Shown here piece after piece: positions 47,629-56,937 of a stretch of DNA of 58,707 nt. The stretch comes from Bacillota bacterium (lineage in GTDB: Bacteria > Bacillota > Sulfobacillia > Sulfobacillales > JAIMBI01), in assembly GCA_021795575.1 (NCBI GenBank), contig JAJYPH010000003.1, forward strand, positions 1 to 58,707, read 5' to 3'. The notes under the pieces were generated by a model. The model made no database searches. It had not been told where the DNA came from and saw only the letters and a program-made list of their open reading frames with translations. The first letter of the stretch is position 1, and every line of letters begins with the position of its first letter. The translations under genes and the position numbers were made by a program.

Positions 47629-48431
47629 GGCGAGGCGCTCCCATAGCCGCGAAACACAGCGTGGCGCAGCCGCCCACCCGGCGTGCGCGCTCGATACCGG
47701 ACGGTGGCCAGAATCCCCGGCGGCAGGTCTCGCCGCGCCCCCTCCGGCGGCGGCTGGACCCCGATGGGGGCCGTCGGCACCCGCACGCGAGCCAGGATGG
47801 GCCACTGTCCCACCGCTCCCACGTCCGCGAGCCAGCGCCCTCCCTGAGTCGTCAGCGCACGGACCTCCACAGTCAGGTCTTCCCCGTGGACGAATTTTCT
47901 CCAGGCCGGCGTGCGCCGACCCGGCCAGTACCGGCTGCGCCGCCGCTTGCCCACGACTCCCTCCAGGCCGAGCCGCCTGGTCGCGTGGAACAAGTCCTCG
48001 CCCCGCTCCGGCACCCCCGGGCACACCATCACCGGTCCGCCGGGACGCACCACCGCCTCCAGGTGCTCCCGCCGCACCGCCCACGGCTCCGCCAGCAGCC
48101 ATCCGCTTCGGTCGTAGAGGCAGTCAAACAGCACCAGCACCAGCTCGCCGCGCCCCCGCGTGAGCGCATGAAAGTCCACGCGCCCCTCGTGCCAGGCCAC
48201 CACCTCGCCATCCAGCACCGCCGGTGCGTGCACGGCCTCCGCCGCCGCGCTGAGCGTGGGGAACCGCTCCAGCAGGCTTTCACCCTGGCGAGATCGGATG
48301 CTCACCCGGTCCGTCACGGCGAGCTGCGCCCGGAAGCCATCCCACTTGGGCTCAAACCACCACTCCGGGTCGCTGAAGGCGGCCGGCGCCGAAACGGCCA
48401 GCATCGGCGGCACAAAGGCTTGAGGGTCCAT
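47625..48431 (-). CDS. ATP-dependent DNA ligase (stand-alone LigD/LigC ligase domain)
   Basis: EPKWDGFR, LDGEVV, FDCL, EGVVGK, Y.PGRR..W.K. Confidence 0.9.
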   Translation of the reverse strand: MDPQAFVPPMLAVSAPAAFSDPEWWFEPKWDGFRAQLAVTDRVSIRSRQGESLLERFPTLSAAAEAVHAPAVLDGEVVAWHEGRVDFHALTRGRGELVLVLFDCLYDRSGWLLAEPWAVRREHLEAVVRPGGPVMVCPGVPERGEDLFHATRRLGLEGVVGKRRRSRYWPGRRTPAWRKFVHGEDLTVEVRALTTQGGRWLADVGAVGQWPILARVRVPTAPIGVQPPPEGARRDLPPGILATVRYRARTPGGRLRHAVFRGYGSASP

Positions 48432-49217
48432 TCAGCGCGCGGCGGCGGCCCCGGATGCCGCACCCACCGCCTCGAGGGAACGCGAAAGCTGCTCCACCAG
48501 GCTCTCCAGGCCGGCTGCTGGCGGCGGCGTGACGGCGCCCCCCGCTTGTGCCCGCGCGACCAGGTCCGCCATCAGGCGGGCGCGCGCCTCGTCCGGATAT
48601 TGAGCGGGCCGAAACGGCTCCGACAACTGGTCCACCAGGGCCAGCGCCATCTTTTCTTCCCGATCCGACGTTGGCGCGGCGCCCTCCGTGCCGAAGTGCG
48701 CACCCTCTCGGCGGACGGACTCGGGCCAGTGCATGGTGTGCAGCATCAGCGCGCCGGTGCCGTAGGGCCGAACGACCGCCAGCCGCGGCCGTGCGCGCGC
48801 CGTCATCCGCGCCACGGCCACCTGGTGCCGGCTGGCCATGGCGCGCGCCAGCAACTGATAAGCCTTCTGCCCGCCGGTCTGGGCGTTCAGCCAATACGCC
48901 CGGTCAAAGTACACCGGATCCAAGTCGGCCAGCGGATGAAACGTCAGCACCGCAATCGTGCGATCTTTGGGTCCCGGGTCCCGACCTTCCTCGTCCAGCG
49001 GCACCATGCGACCGTCCGGGAGGACGGCCCCCCGCACCAGGTCGGCGGGCTCCAGCAGCCGATCGCACGCGGGACAATGCTTTGGGTACCGCACCCGCTC
49101 ACCGCAGTCTCGATGAATCCAGTGCGTTTCCACGCCCTCGTCGCTCACCGCGCGGTACAGCGACACGGGGATGGACACCAGGCCGAATCCCAATACCCCT
49201 TTGAACAGCCTGCGCAC
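48432..49217 (-). CDS. ku: Ku NHEJ protein
   Basis: G.LGFGLVSIPV.LY, DPVYFDRAY, Y.LL..AM, F.P..Y.D. Confidence 0.92.
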   Translation of the reverse strand: MRRLFKGVLGFGLVSIPVSLYRAVSDEGVETHWIHRDCGERVRYPKHCPACDRLLEPADLVRGAVLPDGRMVPLDEEGRDPGPKDRTIAVLTFHPLADLDPVYFDRAYWLNAQTGGQKAYQLLARAMASRHQVAVARMTARARPRLAVVRPYGTGALMLHTMHWPESVRREGAHFGTEGAAPTSDREEKMALALVDQLSEPFRPAQYPDEARARLMADLVARAQAGGAVTPPPAAGLESLVEQLSRSLEAVGAASGAAAAR

Positions 49218-49250
49218 GGCCGCACCACCCTTTCCACCGCCTCTGGGGGA

Positions 49251-49279
49251 TAGGGTGGCGCGCCCCGAGCGATTCACTC
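49251..49279 (-). promoter_or_regulatory. candidate sigma-G promoter for the ku operon
   Basis: GAGTG-N17-CACCCTA. Confidence 0.35.
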
Positions 49280-49297
49280 TGGCAAGTTTTTGAGCGG

Positions 49298-49804
49298 TCA
49301 GGGAGCCGCGTCGGACGAGGAAGGGTATGTGTAGCGGGACTCGTGGGGCTCTTTGGCGCCGCCCAGCCAATTTTGCACCTGCTCCACAATCTGCGGACCC
49401 GCTTCCAACAGGCGGTCCCACACGTCTCCGCCATCGACCGACAGCATGCGCACGGCATCCCCGCGCTGGACCAGAAATCCCATAGGTCGCACCGATACGC
49501 CCGCCCCGCTGCCCCCGCCAAACGGACGCGCCCCGACGGGACCGGTCGTGGTGCGGTCGGGACGCCAAAATTCCCCGCCCCCGGCCGCAAAGCCAAACGA
49601 CACGCGGGAGATGGGAATAATCGTGGTACCGTCTTCGGTGGACACGGGGCTCCCCACCACGGTGTTGACGTCTATCATCCCCTTGATGGATTCCATCGCG
49701 GTCTTCATCAGGCCTTCAATGGGATGCCCACCGGGATACCCAGCGGGATGCCCGTTGTTCTGGGTGCGGTCGTCGGGGTGGCGTATGGATTCACTGTTGC
49801 CCAT
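49298..49804 (-). CDS. gerW: spore germination protein GerW (YtfJ)
   Basis: HPIEGLMKTAMESIK.MIDVNT, FGFAAGG, FGGGSGAGVS. Confidence 0.93.
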   Translation of the reverse strand: MGNSESIRHPDDRTQNNGHPAGYPGGHPIEGLMKTAMESIKGMIDVNTVVGSPVSTEDGTTIIPISRVSFGFAAGGGEFWRPDRTTTGPVGARPFGGGSGAGVSVRPMGFLVQRGDAVRMLSVDGGDVWDRLLEAGPQIVEQVQNWLGGAKEPHESRYTYPSSSDAAP

Positions 49805-50408
49805 GGGCGTTCGCCTCCTGCTTCGGCGACCGCTGGAGCACCCACAGGCCCACCAGGATCGCCTGCATAATGTCACCCAGCCGAAACCGAAAAATACCAC
49901 CAATCCGCCCATGCCAGGCGAACTCGTCCGCGAGCGGATCAGCCTCCCAGCGCACGCGCAGATACTGCACCGCGAGGGGCACCAGCCGGGCCCCGTACCA
50001 CCAACCCAACACGGCTTCGGTCGCGCCCACCGCCACGGCGCTGCTGGCGGCGCCGCCGCATGCCATCCGCCCGCGGGACCACAGCCGCCCCGCGGGCGTC
50101 CGGCGAGCCAATACCGCACTGGCGGCGTTCAGCGCCGCCAAGCCGCTTCGACGCACGGCGCGGCCGCCGCCCGATGTCCGGTGGCCGGTGGGCGGGGCCG
50201 GAATCTTGAGGGCCGCGGCCAGCCGCTCCGGCCCCTCTGCGCCGGCCACCGACACGGTGGCCCGCCACGCGGCATTTGTGCCGACCCATTGAAAGCGCAC
50301 GGCCACCACGCGCCCCCACGCCCAGAGGCCCCACACCACCAGCGTGGTCGCGGCCGCGCCCCCTGTCCACAGCATGACCACAGCGTGCCCGGCCTTCCCC
50401 CAGGCCAT
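49791..50408 (-). CDS. YtfI/DUF2953-like protein
   Basis: CGGAASSAV..G core; overlaps the gerW start; ytfI-ytfJ synteny. Confidence 0.65.
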   Translation of the reverse strand: MAWGKAGHAVVMLWTGGAAATTLVVWGLWAWGRVVAVRFQWVGTNAAWRATVSVAGAEGPERLAAALKIPAPPTGHRTSGGGRAVRRSGLAALNAASAVLARRTPAGRLWSRGRMACGGAASSAVAVGATEAVLGWWYGARLVPLAVQYLRVRWEADPLADEFAWHGRIGGIFRFRLGDIMQAILVGLWVLQRSPKQEANAHGQQ

Positions 50409-50414
50409 GCGGCA

Positions 50415-50972
50415 TCACCGCGCGTTCCGCCACTCCTCCGACAGCATCGCGTAGACGGCCCAGTCAATGAACCGATCCCCGTGGCGGAAGGCGTGCCGGG
50501 CCACCCCCTCGCGACGAAATCCCAAACGCTCGGCCACAGCACAGCTGGCGCGGTTCTCCGGCTGCGCCGCAATGACGACGCGCTCGAACCCGCGGGGCCC
50601 CAACAGCTCGTCCACCACCGACCGCACGGCCCGGGTCATGATGCCCCGGCCCTGGGCCGACGCCGCGAGCCAATATCCCAGCGCGGTGGAGCGCGTACGC
50701 CACACGGTCGTGTTCATGCCGATGCCTCCGACGAGGACCCCCCGCTCCCAGATGCCCAGCGCCAGGATGCCCTCGTCCGCATACTGCCGCTGCGCTTGGT
50801 GAATAAAGGCCATGGCCGCGTCCCGGTTGTAGTCCGGCGTGGGCCAGGACAAAAAGCGCATCAGATGCTCCCGATTGGCCACGATGACCTCCGTCATCGC
50901 ATCCGCCATGTCGACCTCCCAGGGCGACAGTTCCAAGTCGCCATCCCCCGCCAGCTGATGGGCAAACCGCAC
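50415..50972 (-). CDS. RimJ/RimL-family GNAT acetyltransferase
   Basis: NREHL..FL.W, LGYWL, QGRGIMT, N.AS.AVAERLGF..EG. Confidence 0.9.
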   Translation of the reverse strand: MRFAHQLAGDGDLELSPWEVDMADAMTEVIVANREHLMRFLSWPTPDYNRDAAMAFIHQAQRQYADEGILALGIWERGVLVGGIGMNTTVWRTRSTALGYWLAASAQGRGIMTRAVRSVVDELLGPRGFERVVIAAQPENRASCAVAERLGFRREGVARHAFRHGDRFIDWAVYAMLSEEWRNAR

Positions 50973-50992
50973 AGGCAACCCTCCCGGACGCC

Positions 50993-51532
50993 CTATCCCG
51001 GCTCCGTCAACCCCTCGACCGGTTCCGGCGCCGGGGGCAGGGCGGCCAAATTTTCTAGGCCAAACACTTCCAAAAACCGCTCGGTGGTGGCGTACAAAAT
51101 CGGACGGCCGGGAACCTCCTTGCGGCCCACTTCCGCCACCAGGCCGCGCGACACGAGCGTGTCCACCGCGTGATCCGAGCTTACGCCGCGCAACGTGTCG
51201 ATTTCCAACCGGGTCACGGGCTGTCGATACGCCACCACCGCGAGCACTTCCCACGCGGCCGTCGACAGCCGCTCCGGAACGCGGCGGCCGGTCGCCCGTA
51301 CGATCCATGCCGCCGCGGGCCCCGACAGGACAAGCTGCCACCCGTGCGCGACGGCGCGCACCTTAAGCGGCGTCGCCGCCAGCGACCGAGCCGCACGCTC
51401 GGCCAGAACGGGCAGGGCGGCGGCATCCACCTCCAGCAGGTCCGCCAGCTGGTCCGCCGGGATCGGGTCCCCACTCGTGAACAGCACGGCCACAAAGCGC
51501 TCCACTGGCTCCCGGTCCGGACTGTCCTCCAC
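50993..51532 (-). CDS. scpB: segregation and condensation protein B
   Basis: LS.AAWEVLAVVAYRQPVTR.EID.LRGV, PGRP.LY.TT..FL..FGL. Confidence 0.94.
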   Translation of the reverse strand: MEDSPDREPVERFVAVLFTSGDPIPADQLADLLEVDAAALPVLAERAARSLAATPLKVRAVAHGWQLVLSGPAAAWIVRATGRRVPERLSTAAWEVLAVVAYRQPVTRLEIDTLRGVSSDHAVDTLVSRGLVAEVGRKEVPGRPILYATTERFLEVFGLENLAALPPAPEPVEGLTEPG

Positions 51533-51568
51533 GCGCGCACCCCCCTCTATTTTCCGCCCTGCGCGGCG

Positions 51569-52291
51569 CTAGCGTGTGCGCTCGCGCCGTGCCGGTCGCG
51601 CCACAATGCGAAGGGTCAGCGGGCCGAAGCTGTGGCGCTGGCTTGGAGCCAGCCGCCCCCGTGACCACAGCGCCATCACCACCAGGAACTGCTCGACCTG
51701 CAGCGGCACCGGCAAGTCGGACACCAGGGTCTGGAAGTCGTCTTCCGGGGCCCGACGAATGCGCCGCAACAGGAGCAACGCCCGGCGCCACAGCGGAGGG
51801 TCCGGCGCCACCACCGCCGCGATGGGCCGCGCGTGCCGCTGAACCCGAAGGGGTGGCCACATGAGGGGCAGGCGCCACGCATGGGCGTCGCGAATTGGGG
51901 GCCATCCGGGGGCCGGCCAGCGCGCCGGCCCGGGCATCACGGGACCCTGGTGGGCCGTGATGGTGCGCAGGCTCGCCACCGCCTCCTGGACCCAGGGCCG
52001 TCCATCGAACACGTCGTCGTCTTCCGGGTCCTCCTCGCGCTCGGCCAACAGCTCCCGCATCTTTCGCCCCAGCACCCATGCCGCCACCGGCATCTCGTCG
52101 GCAATGCGGTCCACGCCGTCCAACGTGCGCCAATGCTGGCGCAGCTGCTGGATCAAAAGCGTGGCCGAGATGCCCAACGCTGCCAAGGTTCGGCGCTTCA
52201 ACCGCGATGCCAGGTCCGAAAGGCTGCCCTGGTAGGGACCCAGCGAGATGGGCGGCGCGGCCCGCCCTGGCGTTCCGTCGTCGTGCACCAA
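51569..52291 (-). CDS. scpA: divergent ScpA-like kleisin
   Basis: YQGSL.DL N-terminus and FL.VMAL...Q..SFGP C-terminus; adjacent to scpB. Confidence 0.65.
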   Translation of the reverse strand: MVHDDGTPGRAAPPISLGPYQGSLSDLASRLKRRTLAALGISATLLIQQLRQHWRTLDGVDRIADEMPVAAWVLGRKMRELLAEREEDPEDDDVFDGRPWVQEAVASLRTITAHQGPVMPGPARWPAPGWPPIRDAHAWRLPLMWPPLRVQRHARPIAAVVAPDPPLWRRALLLLRRIRRAPEDDFQTLVSDLPVPLQVEQFLVVMALWSRGRLAPSQRHSFGPLTLRIVARPARRERTR

Positions 52292-52707
52292 GACTGCTCC
52301 GCCTTCCCGCCAGCTTTCCTCTGTCTCCGTCTGGCCTGCCTCTATCGTGCTGGGGCCCTCGCGCTACCCTACCACACGCGTCACACCCCGTGGACAGCGG
52401 CTGCGCCACCCACGACCACCGCCAGTTGACCCCGTGAGCACCGAGGGGGAGCCAGGCCCTCCCGAGCATCACAGGCCCGTAGGGCTCCCGACGATACCGG
52501 CCGAGGGCCGCCTTGACGCGGGACCCCAACCCCCGGGGGCGAAGCTTCGCCACCCTCTCCCCCTCCTCCTGCCCCGATGCCCTGTCCCGGAAGGGCTCTT
52601 CGAGTCAGGACACGGTCCACATCAACCATACAGGGACCCGCTCCAACCACCGGCAGCCAGAATCGCTGTGACTTCGTGTCTACCCTAGGACGATTGGACT
52701 GAGGACC

Positions 52708-53870
52708 GTGCGCCATGCCGAACCGATGAATTCGCTACGAGCTCTCGCGAGCCCGCTCCGCTCGCGACGGTGCCCACGGATGGGGCTGGTGAGCTTAGCC
52801 ATGCTTCCCCTTGCTAGCTGGGGTGCGACACCCGCAGCGACCGGCGCCGTGCCGAGGTCCGCCCCGGCACGCATCGCCAATGGGTGCTTCGGCCCTTTGG
52901 CGGCCAGGCTTTGAGGGTTCTGCCACGCGGGACCAAGTTCTGGGTCGTCGTGAAGACGCCCCACGGCGGCGGCGTGACGATGACCGGTTGCACCCGTCCC
53001 CATCCCCCGTTCCCCGCGCGGCCGCCTGTTCGGCGGCCGGCTTCCTCCCGCCGGTTGGACCGGCTCTCAGGGTAGCGGGTTGCCGGCACGGTGGGATGCG
53101 CCACCATCACCGGCAGGCACCAGCGCCACTGCCGACCGTCGTAGGCGGACGTCAAGACGTCACCGTCGCCGGATCCCCGTGGCGGTTGCTCGGGCTTGGC
53201 GCAGGCGCCTCCCGGATCCCTATCGTGCTATCGAGACAAAACCGGTCTCGCCGTAAGCCTCGCGCAGCCTCTGTGGGTGACGGGCAACACGGCGGGGAAG
53301 GGCGGTGTGGCTGTACCGCGCCTCGACGGGGGGAGAACCTCGCCCCGGGTCCCTCGCGGTGCCCAAGGCTTGGGCGCCGGCGCAGTTGGCCTCGTATCCC
53401 CCGTCTGGGCCTCCGCGCACCCAGGGCGATCTGCTGGTCACGGTGGACGGCACCCCAGTCACCGGTATCACGGTATCCGGGGCCCGCGGTGTGAAAAAGA
53501 CGTGGACCTTCGCCGCCTCCATACCCGCACCAGCCGTGTTGAGGGCTAGCCTCAGCCTGGCGGTCTCAAAGCCCTGCCCGGTGGGGATCACGATCGGGCG
53601 GAGTCTGCGGACACGTAAGGACGGTGGTTGTGACTGGCGCGTTCCATGGCGGTGGACCCCGGGCTGGGCGTTGGCCGACGTGAGTCTTTTCGGACGAAAG
53701 GAGGGCGCTTGCCTAGCCGTACGCGGCTACGGCCCCATCGTCGACTACGGCGTGGGGCAAATCGTCAACGGCGGGTGGACTGGGACTGACAGCGGATACG
53801 GGCTGAGAGCCGCCCCGCCCGCTGGGCCGGGGTCCCCAGCCACAGCGCCCGTCACCGGTGGCGTATTCAT
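52708..53870 (+). pseudogene. decayed secreted BNR/Asp-box repeat (YCF48-like) protein
   Basis: Signal-like LAMLPLASWG, then fragments in different frames: VVKTPHGGG, VWLYRASTGG, LRTRKDGGCDW, IVNGGWT. Confidence 0.5.
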
Positions 53871-53980
53871 GAAACGTGGTCGCCGACTGCACGCCGGCCA
53901 GCCTCCACCGCGCCTGCCCGTCAACAACCTGCTGTGGTCCCTCGTCGGAGCGCAGCGTCCGGCTGCTCAGGGGTCAGCGC

Positions 53981-54586
53981 TCAGCGCGGGCGGCGCCCTG
54001 CCCGGTCCAAGACGGCCGCCAGCGCGGCCCGCGTCGCGGGAACGCCATCGCCCAGGGCGTCCTGCCCCTGCATCTTCCCCGGGTCACCGAGACCGACGAT
54101 CACCACGCCCGGCGCCGCGTCGCGCAGCACGTCCACCGTATCGCCCAACAGCGGCCCGTTCGCTGAGCGACCATCCTTGTCTACCGCCCCGCCGGACTCG
54201 TGCGCGGTTTGATCCACCGACACGTCGGGCACCACCCCGTCGACGCCCCGGGTATTCGAGGCCACCGCCACCACGCCCAGCACGCGGACCCGGTCGTCAT
54301 GCAGCAGATCGGCCAGCACCACCTCACCGGCGCCCGCGCCCCCGTCGCCCTGGTCGTCCACCATCACGACCACGGGGCCATGCGACGCGGCGCGGGCGGT
54401 CTCGATGATCCGCTCCGCATCCACCGGCGTCGGGTTGCCACGGGATATGGCCACCGGCACGAGACCCAGCGAGGCACTGGCCGCTTGGACGGCATGCCAG
54501 GCCGTGCGATCGCCATCCGTCACGACGATCATCTCCACGGGCCGGCTGCGCGCCTTGTCGGTGCGTAGGTCACGCGTCGCAGTCAT
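53981..54586 (-). CDS. spoVAEa: stage V sporulation protein AE, soluble type (SpoVAEa)
   Basis: IVVTDGD, SRGNPT, VMVDD.G, AVASNT, GLGDPGKM. Confidence 0.9.
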   Translation of the reverse strand: MTATRDLRTDKARSRPVEMIVVTDGDRTAWHAVQAASASLGLVPVAISRGNPTPVDAERIIETARAASHGPVVVMVDDQGDGGAGAGEVVLADLLHDDRVRVLGVVAVASNTRGVDGVVPDVSVDQTAHESGGAVDKDGRSANGPLLGDTVDVLRDAAPGVVIVGLGDPGKMQGQDALGDGVPATRAALAAVLDRAGRRPR

Positions 54587-54693
54587 TGGTGCCCCCCTTT
54601 CGTCCTCGCGCTTGCGTCGCTCCCGCTGCTTCGCCCACCTGGGGCTTCCTCCGCTGGCTGGTCACGACGGTCCACCATGAAAAGCCTCACACG

Positions 54694-55050
54694 CTACCCG
54701 CGCGGGTTGAACACCAGCGCCGCGGCCAGGGAAAACAGCACCGCGGCCTTGATGCCGCCGGCGGCCGCCGTGAGGCCCCCCGTCAGCAAACCCAAGACCC
54801 CCTCGGTCTGCGTCGCGCGGTCAATACCCTCCACCATGGTGTAGCCGAAGCCCGGCAGCGGAACCGTCGCACCGGCGCCCGCCCACTTGACCAGCGGGCC
54901 GTACCACCCGAGCCCGCCCGTGAGGGCGCCCAGCACCACAAAGAGCACCATGACATGGGCGGCCGTGATGCGGCCCACGTCCACCACCAGCTGCGCCAGG
55001 ACGCACAACACCCCGCCTACAGCAAACGCAATCAGCAGGCCGGTGATCAT
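54694..55050 (-). CDS. spoVAEb: stage V sporulation protein AE, membrane type (SpoVAEb)
   Basis: AFAVGG.LC.LAQ, AGAGATVPL.GFG, F.PRG. Confidence 0.93.
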   Translation of the reverse strand: MITGLLIAFAVGGVLCVLAQLVVDVGRITAAHVMVLFVVLGALTGGLGWYGPLVKWAGAGATVPLPGFGYTMVEGIDRATQTEGVLGLLTGGLTAAAGGIKAAVLFSLAAALVFNPRG

Positions 55051-56036
55051 GGCCGGCCCGCCTCCAGTTCAATCACATGCGCGACCGCCGGAATGGACTC
55101 CCCCTGTTGATAGCTGGTCGGAGAAAACAGGGCGCCGGTAGCCGCCACCAGGACCCGATGCCACTCGCCCGCCTCCACCCGCGGCATGATGTGGCCGGCG
55201 ACGACGGCCGCCACGCAGCCCGTGCCCGATCCGCCGTTGTGGACATCCTGCTCGGGGCGGTACAGCGAGCGCCCGCAGTCGTCATGCACGCGCACAAAGG
55301 CCGTGTCATTGGCCAAATCACACAAAATCCCGCTGCCCACCACGCCCAGGTCGCCCGTGAAGACCCGGTCGTAGTCGTCCCAGCGGGCATGCACCGCCGC
55401 CAGATGGCGCTGCAGCGAATCCCAGGCCGCCGGCGCCATCGCCGTACCCATATCCATGGGGTCGGTGCTGCCCGGGTCCACCACCCGACCCACGGTAAAG
55501 GCGCGCAGTTGAACTCGGCCCGTGCCCTGGGTGAGCGCCAGTGCCCCGGCGGCGGTGGCCGTCCAGCTGGCCGTCGGGGTCCGTTGATAGCCAAACTCAA
55601 CCGGAAACCGGAACTGGCGCTCCACGGCCAAGTGGTGGCTCCACGCCCCGGCCACGACACGCGCCGACCCGCGGTCGCACCAAAGACCCGCCAACCCCAC
55701 CGCCTCGGCGAAGCTGGCGCAGGCGGCAAACACCCCCAGCGTCGGCTGATGGTGCTGTCGCGCGGCGAAGTTGGTGGACACCAGCTGGTCCAGCAAGTCG
55801 CCGCCCACCACGACGTCCACCGCCTCCAGGGGCCAGCCGCCGTCGTGAGCCGCGCCTTCGAGCGCCTGCACGGCCATCTTGGCTTCCGCCGCTTCCCAGG
55901 TGGTCTCCCCGGCCAGATCGTCGTTCCACACCTGATCGAAGGCAGCGGCCAGCGGCCCCTGGCCCTCCCGGGCGCCGCCGGCAGCGAAGTGCCCCACCAC
56001 GGCCACCTGCTCAAACTGCCGCGTGCTCCGGCTCAC
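55047..56036 (-). CDS. spoVAD: stage V sporulation protein AD
   Basis: GDLLDQ, ERQFRFP.EFG, MG.AMAPAA, TGDLG, GGSG.GC, QGESIP..AH. Confidence 0.95.
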   Translation of the reverse strand: MSRSTRQFEQVAVVGHFAAGGAREGQGPLAAAFDQVWNDDLAGETTWEAAEAKMAVQALEGAAHDGGWPLEAVDVVVGGDLLDQLVSTNFAARQHHQPTLGVFAACASFAEAVGLAGLWCDRGSARVVAGAWSHHLAVERQFRFPVEFGYQRTPTASWTATAAGALALTQGTGRVQLRAFTVGRVVDPGSTDPMDMGTAMAPAAWDSLQRHLAAVHARWDDYDRVFTGDLGVVGSGILCDLANDTAFVRVHDDCGRSLYRPEQDVHNGGSGTGCVAAVVAGHIMPRVEAGEWHRVLVAATGALFSPTSYQQGESIPAVAHVIELEAGRP

Positions 56037-56497
56037 GAACCGACCAACAGCCGCACCACGCCCACCAGGAACGCGGAGCCGAGGCCATACGCCAAGACCG
56101 GGCCGGCCACGGTGAACAGCTTGGCTCCCACCCCCAGCACTAAGCCTTCCCGCCGGTGCTCCATGGCCGGAGCCACCATGGCGTTGGCAAATCCACTGAT
56201 GGGTAAAGCCCCCCCCATCCCCCCGGACCGCACGAGGCGGTCGTACAGCCCCAGTCCCGTCAAGAGAGCCCCCAGCCCTACCATCACCACGGCGGTCGGC
56301 GACGCGGCCCTGGTGGCGGTCTGTCCATGGGCCTCGAAAAAATCCGTCACCAGCTGACCCACCACACACAGCGCACCGCCCACCACGAACGCGCGGACGG
56401 CATTTTGCCAGACTGGCGTCGGCGGCCGGTGCCGGGCCGCCAGCGCCAGATAATCTGCATCTTGTTGTTGGGGCACCTGCATCACTCCGCTGCGCAT
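56033..56497 (-). CDS. spoVAC: stage V sporulation protein AC
   Basis: AFVVGG, PISGFAN, EG.VLGVG.KLF.VAGPV. Confidence 0.95.
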   Translation of the reverse strand: MRSGVMQVPQQQDADYLALAARHRPPTPVWQNAVRAFVVGGALCVVGQLVTDFFEAHGQTATRAASPTAVVMVGLGALLTGLGLYDRLVRSGGMGGALPISGFANAMVAPAMEHRREGLVLGVGAKLFTVAGPVLAYGLGSAFLVGVVRLLVGS

Positions 56498-56525
56498 AGT
56501 GCGTGTCCGCTCGTCCCGTCGTCAG

Positions 56526-56747
56526 TTACGACTGATCCCGGCTGTCCACCCCAAAGGCCAGTTTGACGTCGACCTTGTATTCCGCGATCTGTCCGTTTTT
56601 CACGTCAGCGGTCCAATTGGTCACCTCCACGCCCGTGATGCCGTGCACGGTCTTTCCCGCTTCGCTGACCGCCGACTGCAGTGCCTGCTGCCATCCCTCA
56701 GACGACTCCCCCACCAGCTCAATCACTTTGGCAATCTTGGCCGCCAC
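56526..56747 (-). CDS. dodecin-family flavin-binding protein
   Basis: KVIELVGES..GW..A, EYKV.VK.AF; AAGGGGG RBS + GTG. Confidence 0.9.
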   Translation of the reverse strand: MAAKIAKVIELVGESSEGWQQALQSAVSEAGKTVHGITGVEVTNWTADVKNGQIAEYKVDVKLAFGVDSRDQS

Positions 56748-56792
56748 CTGACTCCCCCTTTCGCCGGTCGCGAGCACGCAAGCCGACCGCCC

Positions 56793-56821
56793 TAGTCTGC
56801 CCGCCGTCTCGGACGACGTGC
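56793..56821 (-). promoter_or_regulatory. candidate sigma-G promoter for dodecin-spoVA
   Basis: GCACG-N17-CAGACTA. Confidence 0.5.
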
Positions 56822-56937
56822 GTGGCGATCTCAGGGCTCCATCCCAGGTTTTGTTACGCGGCGCCGATAGGGCGGCACCAGGGATCAGGCGGACGAGGGC
56901 GGAATCCAAGCCCGGATTCCTTCCCGCGGGTTGCCCC

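Noticed and set aside
47283-51173. Long + strand ORFs (656 aa and 606 aa) opposite the NHEJ and gerW genes
   Set aside because: Antisense shadows rich in R/P/G/A; the minus-strand genes have clear family motifs
51363-52553. 396-aa ORF with a strong purine-rich RBS upstream of scpA
   Set aside because: Overlaps scpA and scpB out of frame and is low-complexity; its 5' part may be a relic but cannot be identified
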